The notes: generated by a model from the sequence alone, not told the origin. 64,000 nt of DNA from Nitrospirota bacterium (GCA_963741205.1 CAVUHW010000015.1:1-64000), one strand, 5' to 3'. Positions 23,075-34,906 are shown, numbered from the stretch's first letter. Made by a program: numbers and translations.

Positions 23075-23159
23075 ATGCCAAACCGGTGCCGGGTTTTTAA
23101 ATAGCTCTTAATCAAAAAACTATCTTTTTTGCCGGCTGTATTATGTTCGTAATCGAACA
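23075..23159 (-). promoter_or_regulatory. sigma-54 (-24/-12) promoter with IHF-like site and palindromic activator site
   Basis: Minus strand cGGcaccggtttgGCat (GG-N10-GC) at 23075-23091; aatcaaaaaacta near 23110; palindrome TGTTCG-taat-CGAACA at 23144-23159. Confidence 0.6.
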
Positions 23160-23373
23160 GCCATTGTACGCTTAAAGCCTAAGGCTTAAACTGAAGTCCC
23201 CCGTAAAAGAATCGCATACTTAAATATCGGCCGGTATGCTGATCCGTTTATCCTGAAGTCATATGCTGATTTTTGTTCAGGCATGTTCACCCTGTATGAA
23301 GGAAAACTGAGTTAATTTTACATTTATAATGAAAATGCTCTGGGCTTTATACCTTTAGCTTTAAGCCAGAAAA

Positions 23374-24390
23374 ATGAAATTCCAGATCGGTGACAAAGTA
23401 ACAGTGCTGCATTCCAACGAAGAGGCTGAAGTAGTGGAGATGATCAATGATAAAATGGTGTTGGTTGATGTCCGGGGAGTGAAATTTCCCGCCTACATTG
23501 ACCAGTTGGATTTTCCCTATTTCAAGCGGTTTACAGAAAAGAAAACCCAGCCGCAAAAAAAAGGAAAAACTTTTGTCGACCAGCTGCCTGTTGATAAATC
23601 AAAAAAGCCGGCAAATCCCCTGGATGGTTTCTGGCTACGGATTTTACCTGTATCGGATACAGATGAATTTGGTGATGAAGTGGTGGAAAGCCTGAAGATT
23701 TATCTTGTGAATAATACAGACCGTGGAATACATTTTCAATATAAAATCAATTATTCCGGCAAAACGGATTTTGAACTTTCCAATGAGATCCCGGCATCAA
23801 AAGATTTTTACCTGCACGATATTCCTTTCGAAAACCTGAATGATGGGCCGCTTTTTGAATTTGATTTCACTTTGTTGCATCCGGAAAAGACAAAAGCGCC
23901 ACATTTTGAAACTTCCCTCAAACCCAGGGCTAAACAGGTTTTTACCAGAATTGACGAGATTCGAAAAAAAGGAGAAGCGAGTTTTGCGTATAAATTATTT
24001 GACCAGTATCCGGATAAGGCATTTGAAGAAGAAAAACCGGAATATGCAGCCCCGGACAAAAAGGGCAACAGAATCTATAATGCCAAACAGGGTCGTCAGC
24101 ATCTGGAACCGGCAAAATATGAAGTGGATCTGCATATTGAAAAACTGACGCCGGAATGGAAACACCTGAATAATTTTGAAATCCTGACTCTGCAGCTGAA
24201 TACTTTTGAAAAATATCTGGACCTGGCCATTGCCCATCACCAGCATAACCTGATTGCCATTCATGGAGTCGGAACGGGAAAATTAAAAGACGAGATTCAC
24301 GAAATTCTGAAAACAAGGCGTGAGGTCCGGTCCTTCATCAATCAATACGATCCGCGATACGGATACGGCGCTACCGAGATATTTCTTTAA
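23374..24390 (+). CDS. DUF2027/Smr-MutS2 domain protein
   Basis: FQIGDKV N-terminus; C-terminal EVDLHIE, IHGVGTGKLK and YGYGAT. Confidence 0.9.
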   Translation: MKFQIGDKVTVLHSNEEAEVVEMINDKMVLVDVRGVKFPAYIDQLDFPYFKRFTEKKTQPQKKGKTFVDQLPVDKSKKPANPLDGFWLRILPVSDTDEFGDEVVESLKIYLVNNTDRGIHFQYKINYSGKTDFELSNEIPASKDFYLHDIPFENLNDGPLFEFDFTLLHPEKTKAPHFETSLKPRAKQVFTRIDEIRKKGEASFAYKLFDQYPDKAFEEEKPEYAAPDKKGNRIYNAKQGRQHLEPAKYEVDLHIEKLTPEWKHLNNFEILTLQLNTFEKYLDLAIAHHQHNLIAIHGVGTGKLKDEIHEILKTRREVRSFINQYDPRYGYGATEIFL

Positions 24391-24399
24391 TTTTGCACA

Positions 24400-24832
24400 G
24401 GCTACCGGCCGGGCCATCGCTATCCGTCATCCGTCGGGTGGAGGAAAGTCCGGACAGCAAAGGGCAATGTACCGGTTAAGCGCCGGGGTCATCTTGGCAT
24501 GGGCCCATGATACAGACAGTGCCACAGAAAATAACCACTTGTTCGTCGAATCAATAGTGAGGCCCGACTTCGCTAAAGCTTCGGCGGGCGAGAAAGGGTG
24601 AAAACGTAGGGTAAAAGCCTACGGCTTCATGTAGTAATGCATGTCGCGGGTAAACCTTGCATGCTGAAATGCCATGTAAATCGCGGTTCCTGGTGCAAAC
24701 CCGGAGATGAGCGGCTCGTTCATCAGGGCAGTAATGTCTTACGCGATGGGTAGGCAGCTAGATCCTTTCAGTAATGAAAGGGCCAGATAAATGATGGCAG
24801 AAGAACAGAATCCGGCTTATGAGCCGGTAGCC
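24400..24832 (+). ncRNA. rnpB: RNase P RNA (type A)
   Basis: P1 ggctaccggc/gccggtagcc, GAGGAAAGTCCGG, AGTGCCACAGAAA, GGGTGAAA, GGTAAACC, AGATAAATGAT and AACAGAATCCGGCTTA. Confidence 0.96.
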
Positions 24833-24857
24833 TATTTTTTTACATTCGCTTTTGCAA

Positions 24858-25797
24858 TTAAGCTTTAAACGCCGAGCTAACTTTTTCCAGCAAATTCGTT
24901 TCGATCATTTTCTGCGCGAGGAGCAGCATGTTTTTATATGCTTTTGCGCGGGAGATACCGTGACCGATAATCACGGGTTTGTTTACACCAAGCACCGGAG
25001 TGCCGCCATAGTCTTCAAAGTTGAACCGGTCGAAGTATTCCGTATGGACATTCTGCCTTTCCATAATGCCATGCAGGGACTCAGCAAGTTTCAGGATCAC
25101 ATTACCGGTAAATCCTTCACAGACCAGCACATCGGCATGGTCCAGGAAAATGTCCCTTCCTTCCACATTGCCAATAAAATTGATTCTGTTCGTTGGCCTT
25201 CATCAGGGGATAAGTGGTTTGTGCCAGCACATTGCCCTTGCCTTCTTCTTCACCAATATTAACCAGGCCCACCCGCGGATTTTCGATTCCGAGGATATTT
25301 TTAGCATATAGGGAACCCAGCGTGGCAAACTGGTTAAGGTGCTCTGCCTTGCAGTCAGCATTGGCGCCAACATCCAGCAGGAGGCCGGTTGACCCATTTT
25401 CCATGGGAACGATAGTGCCGATTGTCGGTCTCAACACCCCCTCAATGGGTTTGATGGTATACAGGGAGCCGATGAGCATGGCTCCGGTATTACCTGCACT
25501 GATAAAAGCATCTGTTTTGCCGGATGCCAGCAGGCCGAAACCAATGGCAATGGATGAATTGGGTTTTTCCTTCAGGGCTTTCAGCGGATGCTCGTGCATG
25601 CCGATGACTTCCGTTGAAGGAATAATCCGGTATGTATCGGCAGGGACCTGGTGCCGGGCTATCAGCGGTTTCAACTGTTGCTCATCACCAATCAGCGATA
25701 TGATTGCCGGGGTTTTTTCTGATATGTAATCACGTACGCCTTTCACCAGTTCTTCCGGTGCAAAGTCGCCGCCCATCATATCCAATGCAATATTCAT
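24858..25797 (-). CDS. plsX: phosphate acyltransferase PlsX (frameshift near 25180)
   Basis: IALDMMGGDFAP, SAGNTGA, LDVGANAD, NIGEEEGKG, VCEGFTGN and IIGHG motifs. Confidence 0.96.
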
Positions 25798-25831
25798 CTG
25801 TAAACTACATTATAAGCGGTGAAAAATTATC

Positions 25832-26017
25832 CTAAGGCGCTTTTTCTGCAACTACTTTGCCCTTGTAAAATAATTTTCCTTCGCTTACATGTGCGCGGTG
25901 ACGCACGTGCAGTTCGCCTGTAGCAGAATCCTTGCTCAGGGTCAGCTTAGAAGCCTTATAATGCGTTCTTCTTTTTGCACTCCGTTGCTGTGAGTGTCTC
26001 CTTTTGGGATTTGGCAT
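25832..26017 (-). CDS. rpmF: 50S ribosomal protein L32
   Basis: MPNPKRRHSQQRSAKRRTH in the yceD-rpmF-plsX gene order. Confidence 0.96.
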   Translation of the reverse strand: MPNPKRRHSQQRSAKRRTHYKASKLTLSKDSATGELHVRHRAHVSEGKLFYKGKVVAEKAP

Positions 26018-26044
26018 GACTCTTCAAATTTTAAAATCTATAAA

Positions 26045-26587
26045 CTATTCCGGGTTGCGGAATTTTTCAAGTCCTTTCCATAATGGGTTCTCTGCATTGT
26101 TTGCACTGGCATCCATTTTCTTCAGCATGGCCAGCACTTCCGGATTACAATTCGGTCCCCCAATTTCATCTTCCTTGCACATCCGCTGAACCGGAATACT
26201 GAGGTTGATGAATTCATAAATCCAGTCGGCCAGGTGAAGATGACTTTCTGTCCTGGATATATAATATACATCCGGATCTTCTTCTTCCTGGTTCATGATC
26301 TCCGGATCTTCCACCAGTTTCACGATCACCTGGAACTCATCCCAGAGATCCAGGGGTAGCGGATTTCCGCATCGGTCACAAAACACGTTCACGGTTCCCG
26401 TCACTTCAAACCGAAGCAACATGAAACCCTGGTTTTTTTCCAGGAAGAGTTTTACTTCTGCATCGCAGTTCGTAAAATCCTGCTGCTGGTATGCCTCAAA
26501 GAACCTGTCCGTAATTTTATAATCATACGCATGAATACCGGGCTTTAGTCCCACAAACGCAAGATCATATTCTCTGCGGCTGTTCAT
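26045..26587 (-). CDS. yceD: DUF177/YceD family protein
   Basis: CDRC motif, YEFINLSIP and NPLWKGLEK, upstream of rpmF. Confidence 0.9.
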   Translation of the reverse strand: MNSRREYDLAFVGLKPGIHAYDYKITDRFFEAYQQQDFTNCDAEVKLFLEKNQGFMLLRFEVTGTVNVFCDRCGNPLPLDLWDEFQVIVKLVEDPEIMNQEEEDPDVYYISRTESHLHLADWIYEFINLSIPVQRMCKEDEIGGPNCNPEVLAMLKKMDASANNAENPLWKGLEKFRNPE

Positions 26588-26639
26588 GAGCACTTTTTTA
26601 AATAGTCGGCAAAGGTAGTGTGTTTTAAGCACATTTTGC

Positions 26640-29600
26640 CTATCTTTTTTCCAGTTTTATGAGTTTATTTCCACTGTCTGTGAACAACTTAAGGAAATAT
26701 ACCCCCGGTGAAAAAGAGGTTATGGAAAGCTGTTGAATATAACCCTGACACCGCCTTATCCAGCAGTTTTCTGCCCAGCACATCAAATATCTGTATTTCC
26801 CGGCAGGCTGGAAGGGGTTTTTATGGTAATATCTCCGATTAGTCGGATTCGGATATACCTGTACGAAGTCGGTATTGTTTCATAAAAAAGTTTAACGTAC
26901 CGGCGAAACCACGCTGTCCCCATTTTGAAAATAAAGCACCAGGCGGTAGTAATTATTTCCAACCGAAAACTGAGGATCCGTAAAATGATAGGACTGCAGC
27001 GAATCGATATGGGGGATGGCAGGAACTTCCCCGATACGGTTGAACTGCAGGCTGTCCGCACTGCTTTCAATAATATATCTTACCGAACCGATTTCCTGCC
27101 AGCTCGTCCAATCCAATAACCCACTTGCATTCGACCGGACCGCGGTAAAATCTTTTAACCAGGCAGCCAGCGGATGATACGGCTTTTTTCCGCCGTTATT
27201 GATCCAGAATTCTGAAAATCCCATTACCGTTGTCTCTGCATAATATCCGTTGTCATAGGGAATGACCCGCACATCCTCCTGGGGTTTATGGAATATATAA
27301 TTGCCCACCCGGTTATTTTTCAGACTGCTGTCTTCCTCTGAAATGTTCATGCTGCTGTATTGGGTAATACCCGAAACATAAGCGTCTTCTGCATTTAGAC
27401 AGGAGGCACATCCGCTGGCAAGAATCAGTCTGTTTGCTTCCCCGTCAGTAAAATAATAACGGACACCCACAGCCGCAGATGGTTGTTTTGCCGTTTGAAC
27501 GACCCAGTTCCTGTTTCCATAGTACTGGCCTGCCGTATCCCTTATTGCAGCTGTATCCCGGTATACGGTCATCCGGGTGGTACCCAGGTCCTGGCCGTTT
27601 GGATTGATGGAAAAAATCCGCTGACCGTTTAATTCATAGTCAATCCAGCTGGATCCACTTACCGGCAGGGAGATTGTCGTCACCAGACTATCCGTAAACA
27701 CCGGAGCTTTTTCGAAAATATGTACATCATCAATACCGATACCCTCATAGTTTGTTCCCGGGTCAGAGAACATCACAAACCGGAACCTGATTTTACTGGT
27801 GATCACCGGAATATCATAGCTGGACACATGCCAGCGGGAATTCGACTTTTGCCAGGCATTTACACCGGCATTGTCATACCAGTTCACACCGGTTGTCCCA
27901 TTTCCCAAACGGGTCCAGGATGAATCGTCCACGCTGTATTCGACCCAGTGATAATCACAATTGCATTCTTCTTCTGTCTGGAAAATATGGCTGAACGATA
28001 ACACGGGTTTATTCAGTCCGGTAAGGTCAAAACAGGGTGAATACAAAAACGAAAACTCATTATCATTATAATTTGCATTCAGGCTCGTAACCCAGGCATT
28101 GGTTCCGTTAGCGGCTTTATGGATTATGGTTTTATTGGTTTGCCCCATTGCCAACTGTTGTTTTGTCCTGAACTAAACCAGTACCCGTTATTATTTTCAA
28201 ATCCCTCCAGGTACGGGTACTGGTGGATCAGCGGAGTGGTTTGTATCGTATAATCCGAAGAACTATCGTTATTATGATAGTTATCCGTCGGATTGCTTAC
28301 CCATGTTTTGATGTGATAGGTCTGATAAGCCGACATATCCGCAGTCTTCATAAAAGTATACTGGAGACTGTCCCTGGGTATCAGCCGGGGGATGGATTTC
28401 GGTAACTGTATCCTGGTTTATGGCATAGCTTACCGGAATATTGTACAGGGTATCGGTTCCGTAATTGCGGATCAACACAGTAATTTTTTCTGCATTTCCC
28501 TTGGCGCAGATATTTTTTAATGAAGGTTCAATAAGCGAGCGCAAGGCTACATCATGCTGCGAACGGGTAATGATGAAATCATCAAAACTAATTCCTCCGC
28601 CAGGCAGACCCAAAGGATCAGAAGAGGCTGCCGGAGTTTTTCCCTCCGAACCGCAACGAATCTGGAAACTACTGCTGATGGTTTGCGCAGGGGAAGCCGC
28701 TGCCAGAAGACCAGTCAGATCCAGGTTTAGTTTGATGTATACACCCGGCAGGTCCAGCGGATCGCTTAGGTCTTTTACCGGAATCCACGCCGCCTGGTCA
28801 TTGCCACGGATCCAGACCTGGTTACCCGGAAACCCGGAGATAACAGATTGTTTTTTGAAGTAGAGATCCAGCCATATCTGGTCAGCCGACGAATTATTTG
28901 AGAGATTGAAGGTATTGGTGAGCGAATCCGCGGCAAAAGTTCCCTGCCTGTTTACATCCAGCAGCATGCTTCGTTTGCCTGTCCTGGCAAAACCAGTGTT
29001 GAAAAAAGAATTGAGTCTGCCATTGGATGAAGAGGTGGAAAAATCAGCACGGTCCAGACTGTCCAGTCCCATTTGTGGCCTGGTGTAGGTCTGGTTGGTG
29101 GCCTCTTCAAAACCTTCTGTAAAAGAAGGGTTCAGGACCAGCGGATCGTTGCGCAGGGTTTTAATGACAGAGACGATCGTATCATTGGCCGGAATGGTAT
29201 CCGAAGCATAGTGGATCCAGGTTTTAATGTTATAATTTCCGGCTGTAGAAAAATCATAACTGTTTGCCGGGGAGAAATGTAAACACCGTGGATGAACCAG
29301 CTGGTATGACCGCCGGGTCAGTTTCAGTAACGGGTGTGCCGCCATTTACCTGGTAGGTATAACTCAATGGGGAAGAAGTCGGCAGGCTGCCCGGGTTTCT
29401 AACGCGGATGCTTATGCGCTGAATACCCGGTTGGGAACTCGTGAATTGCCTGCCACCCACGGGAGACAATACGGAATCCGTGAACAGGTCATTATTCAGT
29501 ACGGCTGCAGAGCAGGCTCCGCCATTGGGGATGATTTGCTGCCCGATAGATCGCCGGCCGGGCACGCTGTTGTGAATGGCCCTGACAGAAAACCAGTAAC

Positions 29601-31977
29601 TGTTGTTTGGATTCAGGGGAGTGACCAGGAAACTGGTATCGGTGGTGTTTGCGATCAGCTGCATGGTATCACCCGATAATTTCATGATATCGTAAGTGTC
29701 CCCGCCATTTACTTTGTTCCACATTAATTGCGCATAACCCGGGCAGGGATTGGTGACCGTTAGGATGGGCTGACCGAGGATGGTAAAAGGATAATCACTC
29801 CTGTCTGAATACCCTGCACTATTGCGTGTTATCCGGATCAGGGCATTATTGGTAACCAGTGCGGGTACAAGCCAGGCATAGGACCGGCTGGTCGAAGGAA
29901 TGGCATTGTTTATTACAGTCCAACTGCCTCCGCCGTCCATTGAATATTCCAGGGTAAAGGGGTTTGGATCACCACCATATGCGCTCCACCGGATATTTTC
30001 GGTTTGCCCGGGCACCCAGGTTTCCCCACCAAAAGGATATTCAACTGTTACAGAAGGCTGGATCACCTGGTAGGCTATATTAAAAGGCTGGGCACCTGCC
30101 GGAAGTGAACTACCTGTTACATTCAGGGTGAAGTCTCCTGCTGGTGGATTGTTTACCACCACTTGTTCCACATTATTGGTATGATCAACTCCTTCAATAG
30201 CATTATTATTTAAATTCCCTGCAGTGGGATCCAGGACCATGGGCAGGTGAACGGTGCCACCTGGTTCGGTAACTGTCAGGTCAAGGTCGTTGACCAGCGT
30301 GGTGGCAGCAAAGGGCTGGGCGGGAGCATCGGGCCAATATAACAATACTTTTAACTGGTAAGCGCCTGAAGGAAGGGAAGGAATGGTGAATGACTGACTG
30401 CCACCCCCTGAAACGGTCCCGGTGAAATAATGGTTTTGTTCCAGAGCTTCTACGGTTGTGCGCGCACTGATCATACCAAATCCGTAAGTAAAATCAGGCC
30501 CTGGATTACCCAGATCGACCGCACTGTTCAAAACAAGGGTCTTCAATAATGCACCATCGGGAAAATCACCACCATGCAATTGCCTCCACCTTTCTGTAAT
30601 CAGCGCCAGGATTCCCGTTGCCGTGGGGCAGGCCATACTGGTCCCTGTCATACCACTATACAGGTTACCCGGAATCGTGGAAGTAATAACCACCCCGCCC
30701 GCAACCAGTTCCGGTTTAATGCGACCATCAGCTGTGGGTCCCCGGCTGGATCCGGCGCCAATCGTGTATACCACATTATTCATCGAACCTATGGTCAGGA
30801 TATTTTTGGCTGTCTGAAATCCCGATTTTATGGTGCCAAAAGAAGGCGGTAAAGGAGAACAGGTAATAAAGCCATCATTGCCGGCAGCAAAAACATGCAG
30901 GAGTTTGGGGAAAGCCAGCATCTGCGCATCCACATAATAACTTAAGGGATTATAGTCTCCGTCACCCGGACAATTGGAAGCACCATTAAAATATGAATTA
31001 CTCGTCAGAGGCATATCATAATCAGCAACATATACCGGACTATTTACCATAATATTGCTGAAATCATTTACCACAAGATGACTACGGGGTGCCATTCCGG
31101 TGAAGAGGGGGTTTGCAATGCCACCACCGGCAATCGTTCCACTGGTATGTGTTCCATGTAAATCCACCGGTTCATCCGTACGCAGGATCAGTTTACCGGC
31201 CAGGTCAATATGGGCTGAAGGATCTGCATTGTCACCAATTCCAATAGTAAGATTTTTTCCGCTCAGATTTCTACCGACGGGGGTTGAAAGTGAGGAGACG
31301 CCATGGATTGCATGATTATTATAATTCAGCGGAACGTCTTCCAGGTGGATGGGACTGATCGAACTGACGAAGGGGAGAAGGGACAGTTTTTCGACAGTTT
31401 CCAAGGAGCATTTGACAAACCAGGTATTGGCCGGTTTTATTTTAGTTTCCGTGATCCTCGCACCGGCTTCCCGCAAACTTTTTTCTATTTGATTTTGGTC
31501 TCCGGGAAAGCAGGTAACGGCAATAAAATCCAGGGGTCCTCCCTGCAGACCGGCCCAATCATTTCTCAATCCGGCCCTGACTTTCAATTCCGGTGGAATG
31601 GCATAAATATTTTTGATTCCGACCCTGCCGGGGTTTTGAAGTCCGGATCCTTCGCTGCAGATGGCCAGGTAACTGTTTCCGGAAATATATTGCTCCAGCC
31701 TGATTCCCCGGCTGGCCAGATCGGCTTTCTGGCCTGAATTCGCAACACGGTCCAACTGAACTACGACATAATACCCCGATCCAAAACGGGCGGACTGCCA
31801 GAGGGGATGACTGATTTTATAGCGCAGGAGGCTGTTGGCAGGGGTTAACAACCCATTTTTAAAAATCGGGGAGGGCCGACCCTGACCATATACTTCCGGA
31901 TTTAACAATATAACTAGAAGAAAAAAGTATAGGACTCCTAATAATACTCGTAATAATACTCGTAGCAATATGGGCAT
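26640..31977 (-). CDS. large S8 (subtilisin-like) serine peptidase with FnIII/CARDB-like domains and probable T9SS C-terminal domain, frameshifted
   Basis: IGIGD, HGTHTSG, AAGNDG, SSRGPTADGRIKPE and GTSMACP. Downstream ORFs 28281..29345 and 26892..28154 are beta-rich and end with NYYRL...VSPV and a CTD-like tail. Confidence 0.88.
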
Positions 31978-32239
31978 GGTCGGGCCGGTTTCAATAAGAA
32001 TATACGGGAAATAGCTTTTCAGTGGTCCAGAAACTAAACGTGGGCAGGGCATGATTATTACATGTTTTACGTACGGATCGCGGTACAGGTAGCGTAGATG
32101 TTCAAATTAATTTTTTTGAGAATCGACAGATTTCCATTTATTTCGGATGAATTTCCATTGCCACAGGCATTGAATTACCTTCCTGTCGAAAATGCTGACC
32201 AATGTGTATATGGATTATTTAGCGTAGTGCGTTGAAATT

Positions 32240-33065
32240 TTGAATACTTTTTTGCATATCATTTACCGAATTGTCTTGTTTTTATGTCTCACTGGCTTTA
32301 TTTCCACCCTGAAAGCTGGGAATTGTACAGATATTCCCCAAATTTCCGATACAATTCCAAAAACACAGGATACAATACCCAAAACCGGGCCACCAAAAAA
32401 GCGCAGCAATATTACCCGGTATTTCAATATCATTACCGATCAGCAGCAGAGGGATTCCCTGTTTCTGCAACTTGGCCGGACCAATGTTCCCGCACCCCCT
32501 GCAGACAGCGCCGTTTGGAAATCCAGGGAAAATACATTCAGTGTTTACCGGGGAAAACAAATCCGGTATATCTACTATAACCAGCTGAGAGTTTTTGGAA
32601 CAACCATTGAAGACACCGCCGTAGTGCCTTCCAATTTGGTTCGGTTTGCTAACCGGCTTCACTTCGACACCAGGACATGGGTGATACGCCAGTCCCTGTT
32701 CTTCAGGGAAGGAGATACGGTGAATGCCTATAAACTGGTTGATAATGAAAGATATCTCCGCAGACTTCCCTTTATCCAGGATGCGCGTATCTATGTGATA
32801 AATAGTTTCGAGACGAATGATTCGATCGATATTGTTGTGCTGACTAAAGACGTATTTGAATATGGTGGCACTATTTCCCAGTTCAACAATACACAGGCAT
32901 CGGCTACTGTTTTCAATAATAACCTGCTCGGTGCGGGACAAAAAGTAGCCCTGGGATTCAGCTGGGACAATGCTTATAATCCAAAGTGGCGTACCGGGGC
33001 CAGTTATACAAAATATAATGTTGAAGGAACTTTTGCTGATGTCGCTGTGGGTTATACCATGCTGA
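32240..33065 (+). CDS. BamA/TamA-like outer membrane protein, N-terminal part only (cut by junction)
   Basis: POTRA-like LFFREGDTV..L.DNERYLRRLPFIQDA, TKDVF and NNLLGAGQ. The sequence then switches abruptly to an unrelated intergenic repeat. Confidence 0.7.
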
Positions 33066-33133
33066 GATTTAAAGATTTTCCTTTGCGTCTTTGCGAGAAA
33101 TGTTCTTGCCATTGTGTGGTTGAGGAAGACACC

Positions 33134-34732
33134 ATGGGATTAAAGGAATACGCATCGAAACGGGAATTCGAGAAAACGCCTGAACCGAAACCGGGCGTTG
33201 AGCCGCAGGGGAACCGTCTCATGTTTGTCGTTCATAAGCATGCAGCCCGGGCCCTTCATTATGATCTCAGGCTTGAGCTGGAAGGGGTGCTGAAGAGCTG
33301 GGCCGTGCCGAGGGGGCCCTCGCTGGACCCTTCCTTGAAAAGGCTGGCCGTCATGGTCGAAGACCACCCGCTTGACTACAAGGATTTTGAGGGCGTCATC
33401 CCGGAGGGCAATTACGGCGCGGGAAGCGTTATCATCTGGGACAAAGGCTTTTATCATCACCCTTCCACGCGGGATGAAAAGGAAAGTGAAAAGCTACTTC
33501 GCGACGGTCTGGAAAAAGGGGATATGAAGTTCGTCCTTGAAGGGGAAAAGCTTCACGGCGAATTCGCGCTGGTAAAAACAAGAAAAGACGGGAAGTCGTG
33601 GCTGCTTCTGAAGAAAAAAGATCGAAACGTTGCCAAGGGGGACGTTCTCAAGGAGAACCGTTCCGTCGTGTCCCATAAGACGTTAGAAGAGCTGCTTGAA
33701 ACTGATGCGCGGAAATCCTTCAAACAAAAAAAAGTAAACCAGATCAGAATCTACGAAGCAGGTGAGGGCGAAGACCTGAAGGATGCGGGCGTTACACCGA
33801 TGCCGCATGATATAAAACCGATGCTCGCAACCCCGGTCGAGGAACCCTTCGATCATCCTGACTGGATCTTCGAGGTGAAGTGGGACGGATACCGGGCTGT
33901 TGCCGAAATCCGGGCTGACGGTGTTTCGCTGTATTCCCGGAACGGGATCTCGTTTAACAAAAAGTTTTCCCCGGTCGTGGACGCGCTTCGAAAATTCGGG
34001 TTTGACACTGTTCTGGACGGCGAAATCGTCGTCGTGGATGACCAGGGCCGCCCTGATTTTGAGGCGCTGCAGCATTACCAGAAATCCGGGAGCGGTCATT
34101 TGCTCTACTACGTTTTCGATCTCCTCTACTTCCGGGGGCATGATCTGACGGGCCTGCCCCTGGTGAGGAGAAAAGAACTCCTGAAAAAAATTCTGCCCGC
34201 TTCCCCGAAGATAAGATTCAGCGATCACGTAGGGAAAGACGGCGTTCTGTTTTATCGCGTCTCCAAAGAAAAGGGACTGGAAGGGATCATCGCCAAGCAT
34301 TCTCAAAGCGTGTACGAGACGGGCAGAAGGAGCCGGCAGTGGCTGAAGGTGAAGACGCGGCTCACGCAGGAGGCCGTGATCGCGGGATTCACGGAGCCGG
34401 GAGGCGGAAGAAAATATTTCGGCGCCCTCGTCCTGGGGCTCTACGAAGGAGACGAGTTGATATACATCGGTCATTCGGGAGGCGGATTTACGGCGAACGA
34501 TTTAAAGGATATCCGCGGGAAATTGGAACCACTGGTCCAAAAAGAATGCCCGTTTACGGTCCAGCCGGAGACCAATGCCCGCGTTACCTGGGTAAAGCCG
34601 GAGCTGGTCTGCGAGGTTACATTGTCCGGTTGGACTGAAGACGCCATCATGAGGCAGCCCACGTTCCTGCGTATGCGCGAGGATAAGGCAGCCCGCGAAG
34701 TGGTGCGGGAAGGCGAGTCATTTCGCAGCTAA
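33134..34732 (+). CDS. ligD: NHEJ DNA ligase LigD (phosphoesterase + ligase domains, no polymerase domain)
   Basis: Own RBS and ATG at 33134; HAARALHYDLRLE, SWAVPRGP, VEDHP, EVKWDGYR, EGIIAK, WLKVK and MRQP.F..RED. Confidence 0.92.
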   Translation: MGLKEYASKREFEKTPEPKPGVEPQGNRLMFVVHKHAARALHYDLRLELEGVLKSWAVPRGPSLDPSLKRLAVMVEDHPLDYKDFEGVIPEGNYGAGSVIIWDKGFYHHPSTRDEKESEKLLRDGLEKGDMKFVLEGEKLHGEFALVKTRKDGKSWLLLKKKDRNVAKGDVLKENRSVVSHKTLEELLETDARKSFKQKKVNQIRIYEAGEGEDLKDAGVTPMPHDIKPMLATPVEEPFDHPDWIFEVKWDGYRAVAEIRADGVSLYSRNGISFNKKFSPVVDALRKFGFDTVLDGEIVVVDDQGRPDFEALQHYQKSGSGHLLYYVFDLLYFRGHDLTGLPLVRRKELLKKILPASPKIRFSDHVGKDGVLFYRVSKEKGLEGIIAKHSQSVYETGRRSRQWLKVKTRLTQEAVIAGFTEPGGGRKYFGALVLGLYEGDELIYIGHSGGGFTANDLKDIRGKLEPLVQKECPFTVQPETNARVTWVKPELVCEVTLSGWTEDAIMRQPTFLRMREDKAAREVVREGESFRS

Positions 34733-34750
34733 AATGGGCTTCCGCCTCGG

Positions 34751-34870
34751 TGTCATACCTGCGAAAGCAGGTATCCATTGGCTTTTATGACCAACTTCAA
34801 AATGGATTCCTCGATTAAATCGGGCAAGCCCGCTGGAGTTTATCCCGACTCCGTCGGGGCGGGAATGACA
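34751..34870. repeat. REP/MITE-like palindromic element
   Basis: tgtcatacctgcgaaagcaggtatcca ... tggattcc ... gcgggaatgaca, with a nested gggcaagccc. Confidence 0.7.
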
Positions 34871-34906
34871 AAAAAGTGTAGATGAAGCGATAGGAGGAAG
34901 CAAATT

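Noticed and set aside
32240-34732. Novel outer-membrane protein/LigD fusion (830 aa ORF)
   Set aside because: LigD has its own RBS and start, and the join coincides with an intergenic repeat and a composition shift. It is most likely chimeric.
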